Below, piece by piece: positions 40,189-52,846 of a stretch of 64,000 bases of DNA (the stretch's first letter is position 1; each line of letters starts with the position of its first letter). A model generated the notes under the pieces. That model was not told the origin of the DNA, did no database searches, and saw only the letters and a program-made list of their open reading frames with translations. This DNA is from Haliotis rubra (lineage: Eukaryota), in assembly GCF_003918875.1 (NCBI RefSeq), contig NW_025767101.1, positions 434,001-498,000 of the forward strand, read 5' to 3'. The translations under genes were made by a program, and so were the position numbers.

Positions 40189-40246
40189 CACAGTGTAAGG
40201 TGTAAATGAATATTTTGGACCCACGTGGATTCGTAGGTATAAATGA

Positions 40247-40561
40247 GGTGAGGTGAAATTGGGTTTAACGTCGCGCTGGAGAATAATTCGCTCATATGAC
40301 GACGTGCATGCGTGTGTATGTGTATGTGCGGCTGCTTGTACTAGCCCAGACTTAAGCTGGTTTTATAGCGCTAGCCCACTGAGATACCATGCCGCAGTGA
40401 AGCATGGATACCCCACTCAGACACATTATACTGACTCCGAGCCGACCAGTCCTTGTTGTACCCATTAATGCCGAGCGCCAGGCAGGGACCAACAAGTACC
40501 ATATTTTAACGTCTTTTGGTATGACGAGGTCGGGGATCGAACCCGCGACCTTCCGCTCTCG
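40247..40561 (-). mobile_element. SINE family C (tRNA-derived; central domain resembles the Meta domain)
   Basis: B box GGTTCGATCCC; ggactggtcggctcggagtcagtataatgtgtctgagtgg; 11-bp TSD ggtataaatga. The Meta-domain assignment is from memory. Confidence 0.8.
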
Positions 40562-40784
40562 GGTATAAATGAAGCATTAATTCACACAAACCATTTATCA
40601 AATAAGCAACAAAACCACATAAAACCAAAACATCGCAGAAAACACCGGTTATAATGTTGATATCGTAAGGTATAGTTACGAGTTCTTGTGTTAAAGTTCA
40701 CTACGTCTGATAATGATGTTCACGGCTACTATGATTTGCAGACGTCCAATACACGCACCTTCTGTTATACATACACGTACTTAC

Positions 40785-40922
40785 GTCCGCTCGTCATGCT
40801 GAAGACCCGGGTTCGATTCCCCACATGGGTACAATGTGTGAAGCTCATTTCTGGTGTCCCCCGCCGTGATATTGCTGGAATATTGCTAAAAGCGGCATAA
40901 AACCATACTCACTCACTCCTAG
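40785..40922 (+). mobile_element. SINE family B, 5'-truncated
   Basis: TSD gtacttac. Confidence 0.88.
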
Positions 40923-41350
40923 GTACTTACAGTGTAATAATCACAGACGCGGTCATCTTGTTGACACGTCACATTGCTCAGCGGTACTGTCTGAATGGTA
41001 TCATTGGACCAGCCCAGCCCCGCCCCTTACTGTCTATACCATGTATGTAAGTTAGTTCGCAGTAACACCCCTCCATTATCCGAAGTCCTCTGGTACAAGT
41101 CAGCGGGTACAACACTGAAGGTGATCTTTAATGCGTCGTATGAATATTCATAGTCAATGTTCTTTTCTTTTGTTTGCTTGTAATTAGTTAGTGAACATTC
41201 AATGTGACGCTCATACTCGCTGTTGTCCTAAACCTAAAATACATTACATTCTCTTTGTTGATTTTTATTGCATCTACTTGAAATGTTTTACCACATCCGA
41301 ATATCGTAATAACTGCAACTTTGCATTTTGAAACCTATAATTGTACATAT

Positions 41351-41574
41351 TTTGTTGTTTAACACCGCACTCAGCAAATATTCCAGCTATAAGCGGTTGT
41401 CTGTAACTAATTGAAGTCTGGACCAGACAATCCAGTGATCAACAACACGAGCAATTGGGATGCGATGGCATGTGTTACTCAGGTCAAGCGAGTCTGACCC
41501 CCGGTTCCCGTTAGTCGCCTCTTACGAGAAGAATGGTCTGCTGAAGACCAATTCTAACCGGGATCTACATGGGT
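41351..41574 (-). mobile_element. SINE family A, diverged full length
   Basis: Family match; flanking ataattgta(c/t)atat repeat. Confidence 0.82.
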
Positions 41575-41867
41575 ACATAATTGTATATATAATTTATGTT
41601 AATGTGCCTGTCGACAATGACAGAAAGAGAAGTATCCATCAAAATTACCTTCCACGGTGACCCGGCCATCAGTTTCCCCGTTTCAATCAGTAGAGGGGAA
41701 TTATTGTTATTTGATAATCACTCATTTTTTAACTGACCAATCAGATTCCAGTTTCATAGTATAGTATTGATTTATAGGTCTCAATATTGTTACTATTGAA
41801 TTTTGAAATATCGTTGTTTACCGATTGCTATTTTATAGTAAGTGGACCTATCCTTTTTAAAGAAATA

Positions 41868-41906
41868 GTGCGGCGTAAAACTAAACTCACTCACTTACTC
41901 ACTCAC
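41868..41906 (+). mobile_element. Tail-only SINE insertion
   Basis: gtgcggcgtaaaactaaactcactcac flanked by taaagaaata on both sides. Confidence 0.75.
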
Positions 41907-41986
41907 TAAAGAAATAAGTTATCCAGATTATAATTCCTATAATCGTGGTTTTATATTGTGCTTTTGTGGTTATTTGTTTTAATCTT

Positions 41987-42155
41987 GGGCGGTGGGGTAG
42001 CCTAGTGGTTAAAGCGTTGGCTCGTCACGCCGAAGACCCGGGTTCGATTCCCTACATGGGCACAATGTGTTAAGCCCATTTCTGGTGTCCCCCGCCGTGA
42101 TATTGCTGGAATATTGCTAAAAACGGCGTAAAACCAAACTCAGTCAGTCAGTCAG
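41987..42155 (+). mobile_element. SINE family B, full length
   Basis: 12-bp TSD tgttttaatctt. Confidence 0.92.
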
Positions 42156-42165
42156 TGTTTTAATC

Positions 42166-42311
42166 TTATTGAGGCTCCAGAAATAGACATGGTTTCAATT
42201 TCATGGAATCCTGAAGATTGTGAGTGGGAAGCGACTCTGGGGAGTTGAACACGAGGACAGCGCTCCGGTCTTCCGACATCTGTAGGCGGTCGCGCATCCA
42301 GTGCACGGAAC
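42166..42311 (-). CDS. Candidate alternative terminal exon, possibly of the aquaporin
   Basis: Strong acceptor tctaatatacattccctccattttatag|G; GC-rich block; in phase 1 it reads RSVHWMRDRLQMSEDRSAVLVFNSPESLPTHNLQDSMKLKPCLFLEPQ then TAA. Confidence 0.35.
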
Positions 42312-42821
42312 CTATAAAATGGAGGGAATGTATATTAGACGTACCAGAATTACGTCCCTTGTTGTAGCGGCGACGGAAAAATGGATTGTTCGGTATGAAG
42401 AAAATAGGAGTTTCCACAAACAATGATCAAAACGTGCCCAGGCAAATAACACACAATTACACAAAGTATTAATCAGCATAACATGAAATACTCCTCATCA
42501 TGCCCCAAATGACGAAGCAATTAAAGAAGGGCATGTCATCGAAATCAACTCTCGTGTCTGTCTCATGTATATCATTAAGTTAGAATATCTTTACAAGCAT
42601 TGTATATATTGTATCCTGAAATATTTCCTCTCGATCTTTGGGTAAGTAAACCTGATCCTTGTTCGGAAGACCAAGCACAGCTTTTGGGATAAGTGAGTGA
42701 GTATGGTTTTATGCCGCCGATAGAAACACTCATAGTATCAAGGCAGCGGGTGCAGCAGAAACTGGAATCGAAGAAGGGTCTTCAGCGTGACACGATGATA
42801 TCCGCCGCCCTATGTAGGAAA

Positions 42822-43054
42822 GTGAGTGAGTGAGTTTAGTTTTACGCCGTACTTAGCAATATATACAAACTATATGTCGGCGGTAAATATTGGAGCCTGG
42901 GACAGACAATTCAGTGATCAACATAACGAGCATCGATCTGGGAACCGATGACATGTGTCAACCAAGTCAGCGAGTCTGAACACCCGATCCCGTTAGTCGC
43001 CTCTTACGACAAGCATGGGTTGAAGATCAATTCTAACCCGGATCTTCGCGGGTC
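42822..43054 (-). mobile_element. SINE family A
   Basis: Family match ending gatcttcgcgggtc. Confidence 0.85.
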
Positions 43055-44857
43055 CCCTACAGAATAGATCCAGTGCCTTATTGGCTGCATGGGAGGGCAG
43101 TGTCAAGCTGTAATGCGGCTGTGGGTTTACACACAAAGTTCTGTTGTGACTTTGACTCCTGTCGTGTCACCACCTGTATGTTCAGGGTTGGGCCTGAACG
43201 GCCACCATAGTATAACTTTAACTTTCTCACAAAGGGTCGGATCCACTGTTATCAGATGACATGCCTTCCTAGTAGACCTCTGTGCTACTTGTGACACGTC
43301 CTGTTACTTATGTCATATAATATTTTTGCAAAACTCCATGGTCCTTAACAAATGTTGAACAGGATATCATTGACTTCTTTTGGACATTTTAGAAGTTAAG
43401 GTGATTTAGAATCACTTGCTTGACAACGACATTATAATTTATGTAGAAACGTCGCCTTTCACAGAATAATTTAAAGAAGTTGCACTTATATAAAATTATC
43501 ATCATTCGTCAGTATACTAGTATCATTGGTTGTGGCATATTCAAGGTACTCACCCAGCGTGTACGGATTATACATGTCGCATAAACCTCAACTAGTACAG
43601 TATCCCCACTATATTGTTGGGTGGCAATACTGTAATTTCCTGACAGAAATATTTAGACGATGCAACAACACTCCGTGAATCATAGAAATACTGAAAAAAA
43701 GGTTGTGAGGGTAGTTTTTGATACCTTGAGGAAAATCACATTGTTTGATTGTATTAGAAAAGCAGACTCCTCAATCTGCTTGAAAATACCTGTAGTCAAG
43801 TCAAAAGTCAAAAGATGTATGAAAGGCCTCCGACCCATATTCATGAGAGTTACAGTGATAAAGGAATATTTTGGATATTTACATATATATTTAAGGGTAT
43901 ACAATTCGTTTTATAAGAAGATCTCTTTTAGCTAATGCATGCTTTATATACAAAGACAATTGAACAAGAATATTTTCATTATTAGTTTGTATTAGCGCCA
44001 TCATCTGTCATCAAAGTGGAAGCGTTACAAATTTTAATTGCTGGTTCATTGATTTCTGAATTGTTTCTTGTTATTTTGCTTTTGTTTGTTTGATGTTGAT
44101 TACTTCTCTATTAGGCGTGCGTGCGTGAGTCTGTGTGCACTTATTTTTTCCAGTGAATGAAATGAATGCGAAGCGCACATAAAATCTTCATTATGTCCCG
44201 CTCTTTATTCTCCGTTCGCCTCGTTAATATGTACGGTATTTATATGATCATATTTATAGATATACAGATGTGTCAGTATGGTATTAAGTTGTTACATCAG
44301 ACTCAGCAGCTTTCAGAATCGATTACTTGAGCAAATTATTGAAAGTTCCTCCACTCCATAATTCACAACGGACAGATAATGTTTAACGCCAATAACCTGC
44401 ATCGTAATAATTGTTCGATATTTTAACACGGGGATTCAAACGTTTCTCATAGAATGTCTTGATGCCTATGGCAGCATTGTAATGTTGACAGTGCCATATG
44501 ACCATATGATGTAATTTCACTAGTCGCCAGCTCTCCTTGTCATAGTGAAGCCAATGTACATTTCAATGTGTTAGATTCGTTTTAAAACACATTTGGTGAT
44601 ATCTTAAGATGCACTTATGATATCATAAAACGTATTTCTACATCGCTAAACCGAACCTTTGATATCTTAAAGTGATAAGTGAAGATTGTTTTTCATCAGA
44701 AATCCGACTAAGTGATAATATTTCCTTTTATGGTATTTTATACTTTATTGTTTATTTTGCGATATCTTAAAACAGTGGTGAACAGGAATCTTTACGCCCA
44801 GTTCTCACTATAACAGCACCACTGGATGAGTGGATTAGAAGGATTGTGAGCTGATGT

Positions 44858-44958
44858 TTTGTTTGTTTGCTGTACAATTCCAGCTATATGGCAACGGTTG
44901 GTAAATAATCGAGTCTGGACAAGACAATCCAGTGATCCATCCGCGCAATTTGGATACG
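44858..44958 (-). mobile_element. SINE family A, 3' fragment
   Basis: ccagctatatggcaacggttggtaaataatcgagtctggacaagacaatccagtgatc. Confidence 0.7.
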
Positions 44959-47900
44959 AACAATCCTGCAACCGAAACTTAGCAATGAAATGGCCGTTTC
45001 CTCCACCACATAGATTATCACAGCATAACAAACATCAGGATAAGCAGGGATGTATGTATTACCAAACATAACTCTATACATAATGGTAAATACTATGAAG
45101 AGTACATCTATATGGTACAATCAGTCCCTTGGGAAATGGAGGTAGATCATCTATCATAGCCATGTTCCTGTATTTGATCACGTGAATAGTCTGGAAGTTG
45201 TACTTGTTAATAGCTTACATCTGGCTGTCAATAGCTGTCAATCACATAAACATACGTAACATTGCATTGAATTCGAGGTTTTAAAGGAACACTAACCTCA
45301 CCTCGTCATTTTCTGAATGAACACATGTGGGTTGACAAAACAGACGCGGACTAACATTGATATGGTATGTCCACCGGTAGCCCGAAAAAAATGATGATTT
45401 CACGCACTTCAAGGTGTTTGTGACGTAAGTAAAATGCAATATTGTCATGTTTGATGGTGTCATAGTACGTGATGATGTCACAGTTTATCATAGGGTTGAG
45501 TTTGAGGTATTTGAGTTATTGCCGATGTTAATAGACATACCCAGAAGCAAATACTCAACTGCTGAGCTGCAGCAACTCTCAGTAAAGTTTCTCTTCAAAA
45601 TCTGTACACCATGATAAAATGACACTGAATATAAGGAAATCATTTTTAATCATCATTTCCATTTAATTTTCTATATGTACTTTCTTGTGGAATCCTAATT
45701 TACATACAAACTTCCACAATACTGGACTTCATGAACTGCCAGCGTTTATGTACAGGTATGTCACAGCACCAGAACACAAAGAAGATCCAAGATACAGTCT
45801 GCACCTGTACACTAGCTGACCCATCTTCCAGAAATAGGAAACATGTGATGCCAAATTTTGGAACAGAGAATCCACAGTTATTCGAACAATTAACTAGCAT
45901 TGAAATAGAATGTTACACAAAATACAAATGTAGATCTATTGTTTTTTCATCAGAGATGTTTAACTGCTAACTACTAGTGTAAATAAGGTGCAAAGAATAT
46001 ATCCTATGTTCAAAGCCTTCTGTCAATACAATTATTGCTTCTTAATTAAACAATGATAATCTTTGTTTTATTAGATCTGAGACCATATCCTAGAGGACAT
46101 AACACTGATTTTGATCTATTTCCTTTTCTGAGATACTTACTGGTGTCATAAAAATTATAGTAAAGTTGATTCAAAATTTGGTAAAAGTCATAACAAAGGT
46201 TTAGGAAAACAGACATGAAAATGTCCTGAAGCGTTCACCTCCTACAAAACCAGTGTGCAATTTAATAAGAAGCTCATTTTGCAAATAACCATCAACAAAC
46301 CTTGAACAATTTGTCCAAATCCACCATCTTAATAAACACTAGCTTTGGCTCAGTCTTCAAATAGTAGTAACCTCCTAAAAAACTTATGGTTTATCAGAAG
46401 AACTATATCAAATATGGATTAAATATATGTTTCAATCTTTATTCCGTTACATGAAAAGTCACCTGAGATTTTTGTAAGTTATTCTGTTCCAGAACTAGAT
46501 AATGCCTGACCAGGGTTTGACCAAAAACGTAGCCTTTGCTTTTTCAAATTTTCTGGATGTTGAAATAACTTTAATGAGTTATGATACTAGCAATCACTTT
46601 CAGAATTATCTTATTAGTAAATGTAGTATTTAAAAAAAGACATCTAAAAGCAGGAGCCAAGAAACTAAGTTAATACCAAGTGATTGTCCTGCCTTGATAT
46701 GTATGGTGTTTGTTTGCCTAGTTCTGCCTTAAAATCTAAAAAATCTGATATGTCAATCAATTAAATAATTATTTATTATTGATTTGATTATTAATTTTAT
46801 TACCCTTCCACGTTTACTAAAAAAAGCAAGATTCTGAAAACATACCTTGATATCATTTCCAGTGAATTAATCAAAATTACAGTTGTAATATTACTCCTAA
46901 AATTTACCATTATATGTGAATAATTTATGTGGTAACAAAACTTCAAATAATGTTCTCATAATTAAGATATACACTTTATTTCACTCCGTCCAATACTCCA
47001 GAAAGTCACTATTCTTCTCACATAGTTTTCGTATTCGATCAACCTGGAGGAAGGTAATTCAGTTCAAAGTCCCATGCAATTCTTTATAAAAAATCTGAAA
47101 TATTTAAAGCATGGTTTTATAGGCACTCATATGAACTAATTTTGATACTTGGATATTGCATGATAGGCAACTGCTGACACTGACAATACTTCCGTTTGAA
47201 TAAAAAATATTACTCCTCGAATATTTTGCTCTGTTAACAAGATACTGTAGGCCTTCAGATTGTGCTTATGAAACTTAAAACATCCTAAAATGTGTGACAA
47301 ATTGAAGAATATCTAAGAGCGAAGGGGACAATATCCGCCACATTGTTCTTTCATGTAACATGTTTTGCTATTTCGGTTGACCCTAACCGAAATGAAGATT
47401 TGTTTACATTGTGTCACGGCTTTCTCGCCTGTCTCTTATGCGCTTTGAGGCGTACCAACTCAATGCCAAGTAGTGACTAAAAACGTTAAGCAAAAACAAT
47501 TTTGTAGTTACAAGAATTGTCCGTGTTTATAACACTTGCAAAGTCTTAAACTGCTATTTGTTGTCATCAATTGGTAATAATTTTGCACATGTGCAAAAGT
47601 GTGCAAATTCGTGCAAATTCTCATCAGCAGGCAGACGTAGGTTTCCTGAACGATGGTGCAGACATTTAACTGATCGTCAGGCCTATCGCGTTTCTTGATC
47701 CGCCTCCATTTTTGTTGTCTTGGCCGTAATGGTTTTGTTAAGGTACACATCAAATCGCAGCAATATGTAATAAATATAGCGAGTGTAAATGGCATAATTT
47801 GAAGCACATCGCTTCGGATGCATCGTTTGACCCCGGAAATAAGTCTGACAAATCCACACAGCGCGCCTGACCTGCTGATTGGCCAAAATTGACGCATGCG

Positions 47901-48428
47901 CCAGTTTTGATTGACAGACTGGATCGGTCTATTGGTCCAGTTCTTGATTCCTTCTTTGTTGAGAACAATACGTGAGATGTCATCCACTGTTTATGACGTC
48001 ACCTATTCAAAGTATTACGTCATACGAACAAAATGTTAACTTCAGTGATGCCCGTCGTGATGGAGATCTTTGAAACCAGCGAATACCGATATGTTAATAA
48101 CAAATCCTGGAAACATTAATCCCAGCGAACTGGGATTCGAACCGACAGTGAAAGGTGACTGCTTGATCACGGGACGCAACTCTGCATAGCGAATTGCGGT
48201 GCCTTAGGTGACTGGTAACTTTCCCTTGGAATGACGTCTGAGAAAACAGAGACACACCGACTGCGAAATATATTTTCTCAACACAGGGGCGACACTGGCA
48301 CAAAATGTTAGTTTTGTTAGAAGGTATACCGTACATCCATTACACTATGCCATGACGCGATAGGTTTCATCGCTATCTAAAGCTATTCTTGTTTCCTATG
48401 GCCAATCCGTCACTAACAGGAAGTGACG

Positions 48429-48514
48429 TCACAGCTGAGTGAAGTTATTCACTTCCTCCTTCTTTTCGGGCGTGGCATATTCTCGTGGCACAACGATGAA
48501 AGACCCATCTTGAA
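48429..48514 (-). CDS. AQP4-like: Aquaporin terminal coding exon ending in a class I PDZ-type motif (TQL)
   Basis: gttaccag|TT completes CTT; QDGSFIVVPREYATPEKKEEVNNFTQL then TGA; phase matches exon 5. Confidence 0.85.
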
Positions 48515-48668
48515 CTGGTAACAATTAAAACAACAACATTCAACGAAAAAGATTACAGTGAAAGTTGCATGTTTAAAAATGAGCAACGTTTATTGATAAA
48601 ATTACTCATGATAATTAATTTCTCATTGCTAAAAGTATTTCTAACAATTATGTATAAATAATAATAAC

Positions 48669-48703
48669 GATGATGAAGATGATGACGACGATGATGATGA
48701 TGA
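48669..48703. repeat. (GAT)n microsatellite next to the exon-5 donor
   Basis: Imperfect gat/gac run. Confidence 0.8.
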
Positions 48704-48714
48704 TTTTGACTTAC

Positions 48715-48826
48715 GCAGTGTTTTGACAGCTTCGTCCATCGTAGGTACACCTCTGTAGGGGTTGATGGTCCACTTGTAGAGGACAGGTGCCACAGCCCCT
48801 GCAAGTATGGGCCCTGCCCAGTACAC
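48715..48826 (-). CDS. AQP4-like: Aquaporin exon 5 (TM6)
   Basis: tatttgcag|GTG acceptor; VYWAGPILAGAVAPVLYKWTINPYRGVPTMDEAVKTL; donor C|gtaagt, phase 1. Confidence 0.94.
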
Positions 48827-49165
48827 CTGCAAATAGATTACATTTGGGTCGGTTAAATTTATCAAATCTACTAAACCATAAGACAGTGTTCGTATAGCAT
48901 CACAACACGTCTCAAAGAAATGTGAACTTAGCATCGAAATTGTCTGATTGAAACAATGACACAATGGACAGCAAACACCTACTATATACTAACATACTGA
49001 TGGGAACGAATAGGGGAACACATGAAAGCACAAGTTCTCCGTTATTCTTTTCCAGAATTTCACCCACAGAACAATACAATGCTTGTGAAGAAACCTGGAA
49101 AAGAATATAGGAACACTTGTACTTTCAGGTGTTTCCTTATTCGATTCCATGAGTATATAGAACAA

Positions 49166-49415
49166 GAAACTTGTTCTATACATGAAACTTGTTCTATACA
49201 TGAAACTTGATCTATGCTTAAAACTTGGTCTATACATGAAGCTTGTTCTGTGCATAAAACTCGTTCTATACATGAAACATATTCTATGCAAGGAACTCGT
49301 TCTAGACATGAAACTTGTTCTTTACATGAAACCTGCTCTATGCATTAAACTTGTTCTATACATGAAACTTGTTCTATGCTTGAAACTTGTTCTGTATAAG
49401 AAACGTGTTCTATAC
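49166..49415. repeat. 18-bp minisatellite, about 14 copies
   Basis: Unit gaaacttgttctatacat. Confidence 0.9.
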
Positions 49416-49447
49416 GATTTATTTTACATTCTCCTAATTAGATATAA

Positions 49448-50925
49448 TACTGAACATCATTTAAAACGCACCACTATAAAAGTTCAGATTATTAGTAGCA
49501 CGTGTAAGGAATTGATAATTTTTTTAGTGGATAATAACAGATGGACGACTGACAAAAACAACAACACTGAAAAGACGCTCATTCATTGAAATGTTCCACA
49601 GTCAGAAAGGATCAAACACACGTGGGGTCAAATCGAAAAGTCAATATCGCGTGTGACCGCCATTTGCATTGACACATGCAGTTCAACGTCTCCTCATTGA
49701 GTCAATAAGCGTCCGAATAGAGTTCTTCTACAGTAGTGAAGCCTCAAGTTCCCGGATGTTTCACATCTGTTGTCGCCGCGAAAGACTTTGACCAATTTCG
49801 TCCCACAAGTGCTCCACGGGGGATACATCTGGCGACTGTGCTGGCCAGTGATAACCTGGATGTGTTGCTGGGCCAGATACTGCATGGAAAATCTTGTTGT
49901 GTGTGCCCGTGCGTTGTCCTGTTGAAAAGTATGGACATCTTGGTGGTGATTGATCTGATTCTGAAGAATCTGCTCACGGTAATAAAGGGCAATAACTCTC
50001 CCTTGACAGACATGAAGGCAGTCCTGTGATTGTAATTTATTCCACCCCAGACCATGACACTCCCACAACCCAAAGGTCTGTCTGAACCACACAGTCATCA
50101 GCATAACGTTCACCACGTCTACGCCAAACACGTAATCGGCCGTCAGCATTACGTAGATGAAGAAGTGACATGTCAGTGACTACCACACCATGCCATTGTT
50201 GTAACCTTTACTGAAAATGCCTGCTTGTCCATTGTATACGCTCATGACGGTCAGTCAGAATAGGTCCAACCCGTAAGGACGTCGAGCATGGAGCCCTGTA
50301 GCGTGTAGACGGCGTCGCATGGAGTCAGCGCTGATGACCTCCACGTCAACCTTGAACTAGTGCAGCAGTCCTGGCAGTCGGCAGTGTTCAATCACTGATG
50401 TGGACAAGGTCAATATGGCGATCCTGATTGAGCGTCGTAACACGTTGTTGCTAAGGTCATTGAAGGTCACGGGTGCTGCCTGTCTACTGATGTCGTCTAT
50501 GAAGCCTAACGATGGTGGAGTGGCCAAGTCCAAGTTGTCGAGCAATATCCCTGCTGCTGGTGCCAACCTGAATAATGCCTAGTGCACGTTCCCTTTCGTG
50601 AGGTGTTAACCTCGGCATCTCTGTCCTCGTTTCACAATAGTTAGTGAAGCAATGAGAATCGGTTCTCATACACCTGTTTTTAATGTCACAGTCAGTATGA
50701 TTTCAGAATGAAATTCGCGTTTTTTTCATGGCGTGGCTTCATGTTGATGCATTTTGGAATTAAGAGTCATACTGTGGACAGGAATTTGTTTCTAAAGCAT
50801 TTTTTCAACTGGACATGCCCTTCGACTTCATGTTAGTTATATTCATTGATCATTGTCATGCTGAAATCCATCTTGATGAAAATATGGACAATTTTAGACT
50901 GGTGCGTTTTCAGTGATGTTCAGTA
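49448..50925 (-). mobile_element. Decayed Tc1-family (DD34E) DNA transposon in aquaporin intron 4
   Basis: About 34-bp imperfect TIRs tactgaacatca...aaaacgcacca; internal transposase remnants. Confidence 0.9.
49700..50618 (-). pseudogene. Tc1 transposase pseudogene
   Basis: MPRLTPHERERALGIIQVG (HTH), GSVMVWGGI, FQQDNARAHT and WPALSPDVSPVEHLW lie in different frames with stops; the D-to-E spacing is 34 after frameshift repair. Confidence 0.88.
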
Positions 50926-51271
50926 TATATAAGGTGCTGTAGTATGGAATGTGCTGTGGGCTGTGATATGGTCTGGGTTGGATACGTGATACAGCATGTG
51001 TTGAAGTGTGTGTTGTACATATTGTGTGGATTGTGCTGTGGATTGCCCTGTAGTATGTGCTGTAGTGTGTGCGGTAGTGTGTATTGTATTGTCTGTTATA
51101 GTAGTATTTATATCTTAGTAGTTCTATTTTCTTGCAGAATGTGTTGAGGTGTGTGTTTGTTGTAGTCTGTGTTAACTATGTGATTCACATCTGTTGTACT
51201 CTGTGTTGTGATCTGTGTTGTACTCTGTGTTGTACTCTGTCTTGTATGTACTGATGTTGTGGCGACTATAC

Positions 51272-51352
51272 CCAGTGATCCTTCCAGAAGTTGGCGGCGA
51301 CTGCTGGCCCCAGAGACCAGGCGGGGTTCATGCTGGCTCCCGTGTAGGAGAT
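51272..51352 (-). CDS. AQP4-like: Aquaporin exon 4 (loop E, second NPA box reading NPAW)
   Basis: gcccccag|ATC acceptor; [27 protein letters not shown]; donor TGG|gtatag; 81 nt, phase 0 at both ends. Confidence 0.94.
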
Positions 51353-51406
51353 CTGGGGGCAGATTATACCGTACAGTTAGAGGCACCATACCAGCATCCT
51401 GTACTA

Positions 51407-52153
51407 TTCATACACATAATGTCATCTACAGTATCATACACTTAACGACATGTCACCTACAGTATCATACACTTAATGTCAGCTACAGTATCATACACTT
51501 AACGACATGTCACCTACAGTATCATACACCAACGACATGTCACCTACAGTATCATACACTTAATGTCAGCTACAGTATCTTACACCTTACGACATGACAA
51601 CTACAGTATCATACACTTAACGACATGTCAGCTACAGTATCATACACTTAACGACATGTCACCTACAGTATCATACACCAACGACATGACAGCTACATTA
51701 TCATACACTTAATGTCAGCTACAGTATCTTACACCTTACGACATGACAACTACAGTATCATACACTTAACGACATGTCAGCTACAGTATCATACACTTAA
51801 CGACATGTCAGCTACAGCATCATACACTTAACGACATGTCAGCTACAATATCATACACTTAACGACATGTCACATACAGTATCTTACACTTAACGACATG
51901 TCAGCTACAGTATCATACACTTAACGACATGTCACCTACAGTATCATTCACTCAATATGTCACCTACAGTATCATACACTTAACGACATGTCACCTACAG
52001 TATCATACACTCAATATGTCACCTACAGTATCATACACTTAACGACATGTCACCTACAGTATCATGTACTTAACGACATGTCACCTACAGTATCATACAC
52101 ATAACGACATGTCACCTACAGTATCATACACTTAACGACATGTCAGCTACAGT
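51407..52153. repeat. 31-bp minisatellite, about 25 copies with shorter variants
   Basis: Unit cacctacagtatcatacacttaacgacatgt, head-to-tail with no spacers. Confidence 0.93.
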
Positions 52154-52846
52154 TGAACGTTGTTCATTACTTCAATCACTGGTTTTTGGTAGTTCCCTAA
52201 CGTTGCACTATAATATGCAGTATTCCAGCTATGTGACGGCGGTCTGCCCGTGTCTGGACCAGACAATGCTGTGCCTGTCTAGACATTACCTGCTGTGATT
52301 TACGATAATGTAAGTTGATTAGCGTTTACCATATGTGCGTGTATCAAGTCTCAGTCCACTCAACTTACTTAGCCTACTTATGTATCTCGTGAAGGGAACC
52401 CAGTCTTCGAGGCAGGATTAGTACAGTGATACTATATCTTATATCGTACTTCATGAAATACCACAGCACGTGTCTGTTACAGTGTTTTACCCGCGTCAGG
52501 TTTGCCAGTCAAAGCAAATGCTAAGTGATGTCTATAAGTTTTAGAATTCTAGAAGCAAAACGGCACAGAGGTTAAGGAATAATTCTGTGACTTCTAGCTC
52601 TAAGTGCAGTCATCTTTCATGACGTCATGCTTGCGTCTCCCCTTCTCCGAACAAGACAGGGCGATTATTCCTTGGTGTAAGATATAACTTACGGAAAAAA
52701 ACATCACTGATACTAGATCACAGGACAAGTCAATATCAGATTACATCTAACAAACAAAGAAGCGGAATTAATCGCGTTTTAGTCAAGAACAATGGTCGTG
52801 TCTGATTTTGTCATTTTGCCGGATTTCTAACATGTGTCTTTTGATC

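Noticed and set aside
45281-48420. Large TTAA-flanked (Kolobok-like) element and the ORFs at 47508-47987
   Set aside because: A plausible left end (ttaaaggaacacta) exists, but I found no matching right end and the ORFs resemble no family I recognise
48641-48714. Poly-Ser or poly-His extension of aquaporin exon 5
   Set aside because: Read-through past a perfect GTAAGT donor into a GAT microsatellite
48989-49589. Repetitive ORFs (MKLVLY and MYRTSF repeats)
   Set aside because: Translation of the 18-bp intronic minisatellite
51407-52153. 31-bp repeat array as a CRISPR
   Set aside because: Units are head-to-tail with no unique spacers, there are no cas genes, and the context is a eukaryotic intron
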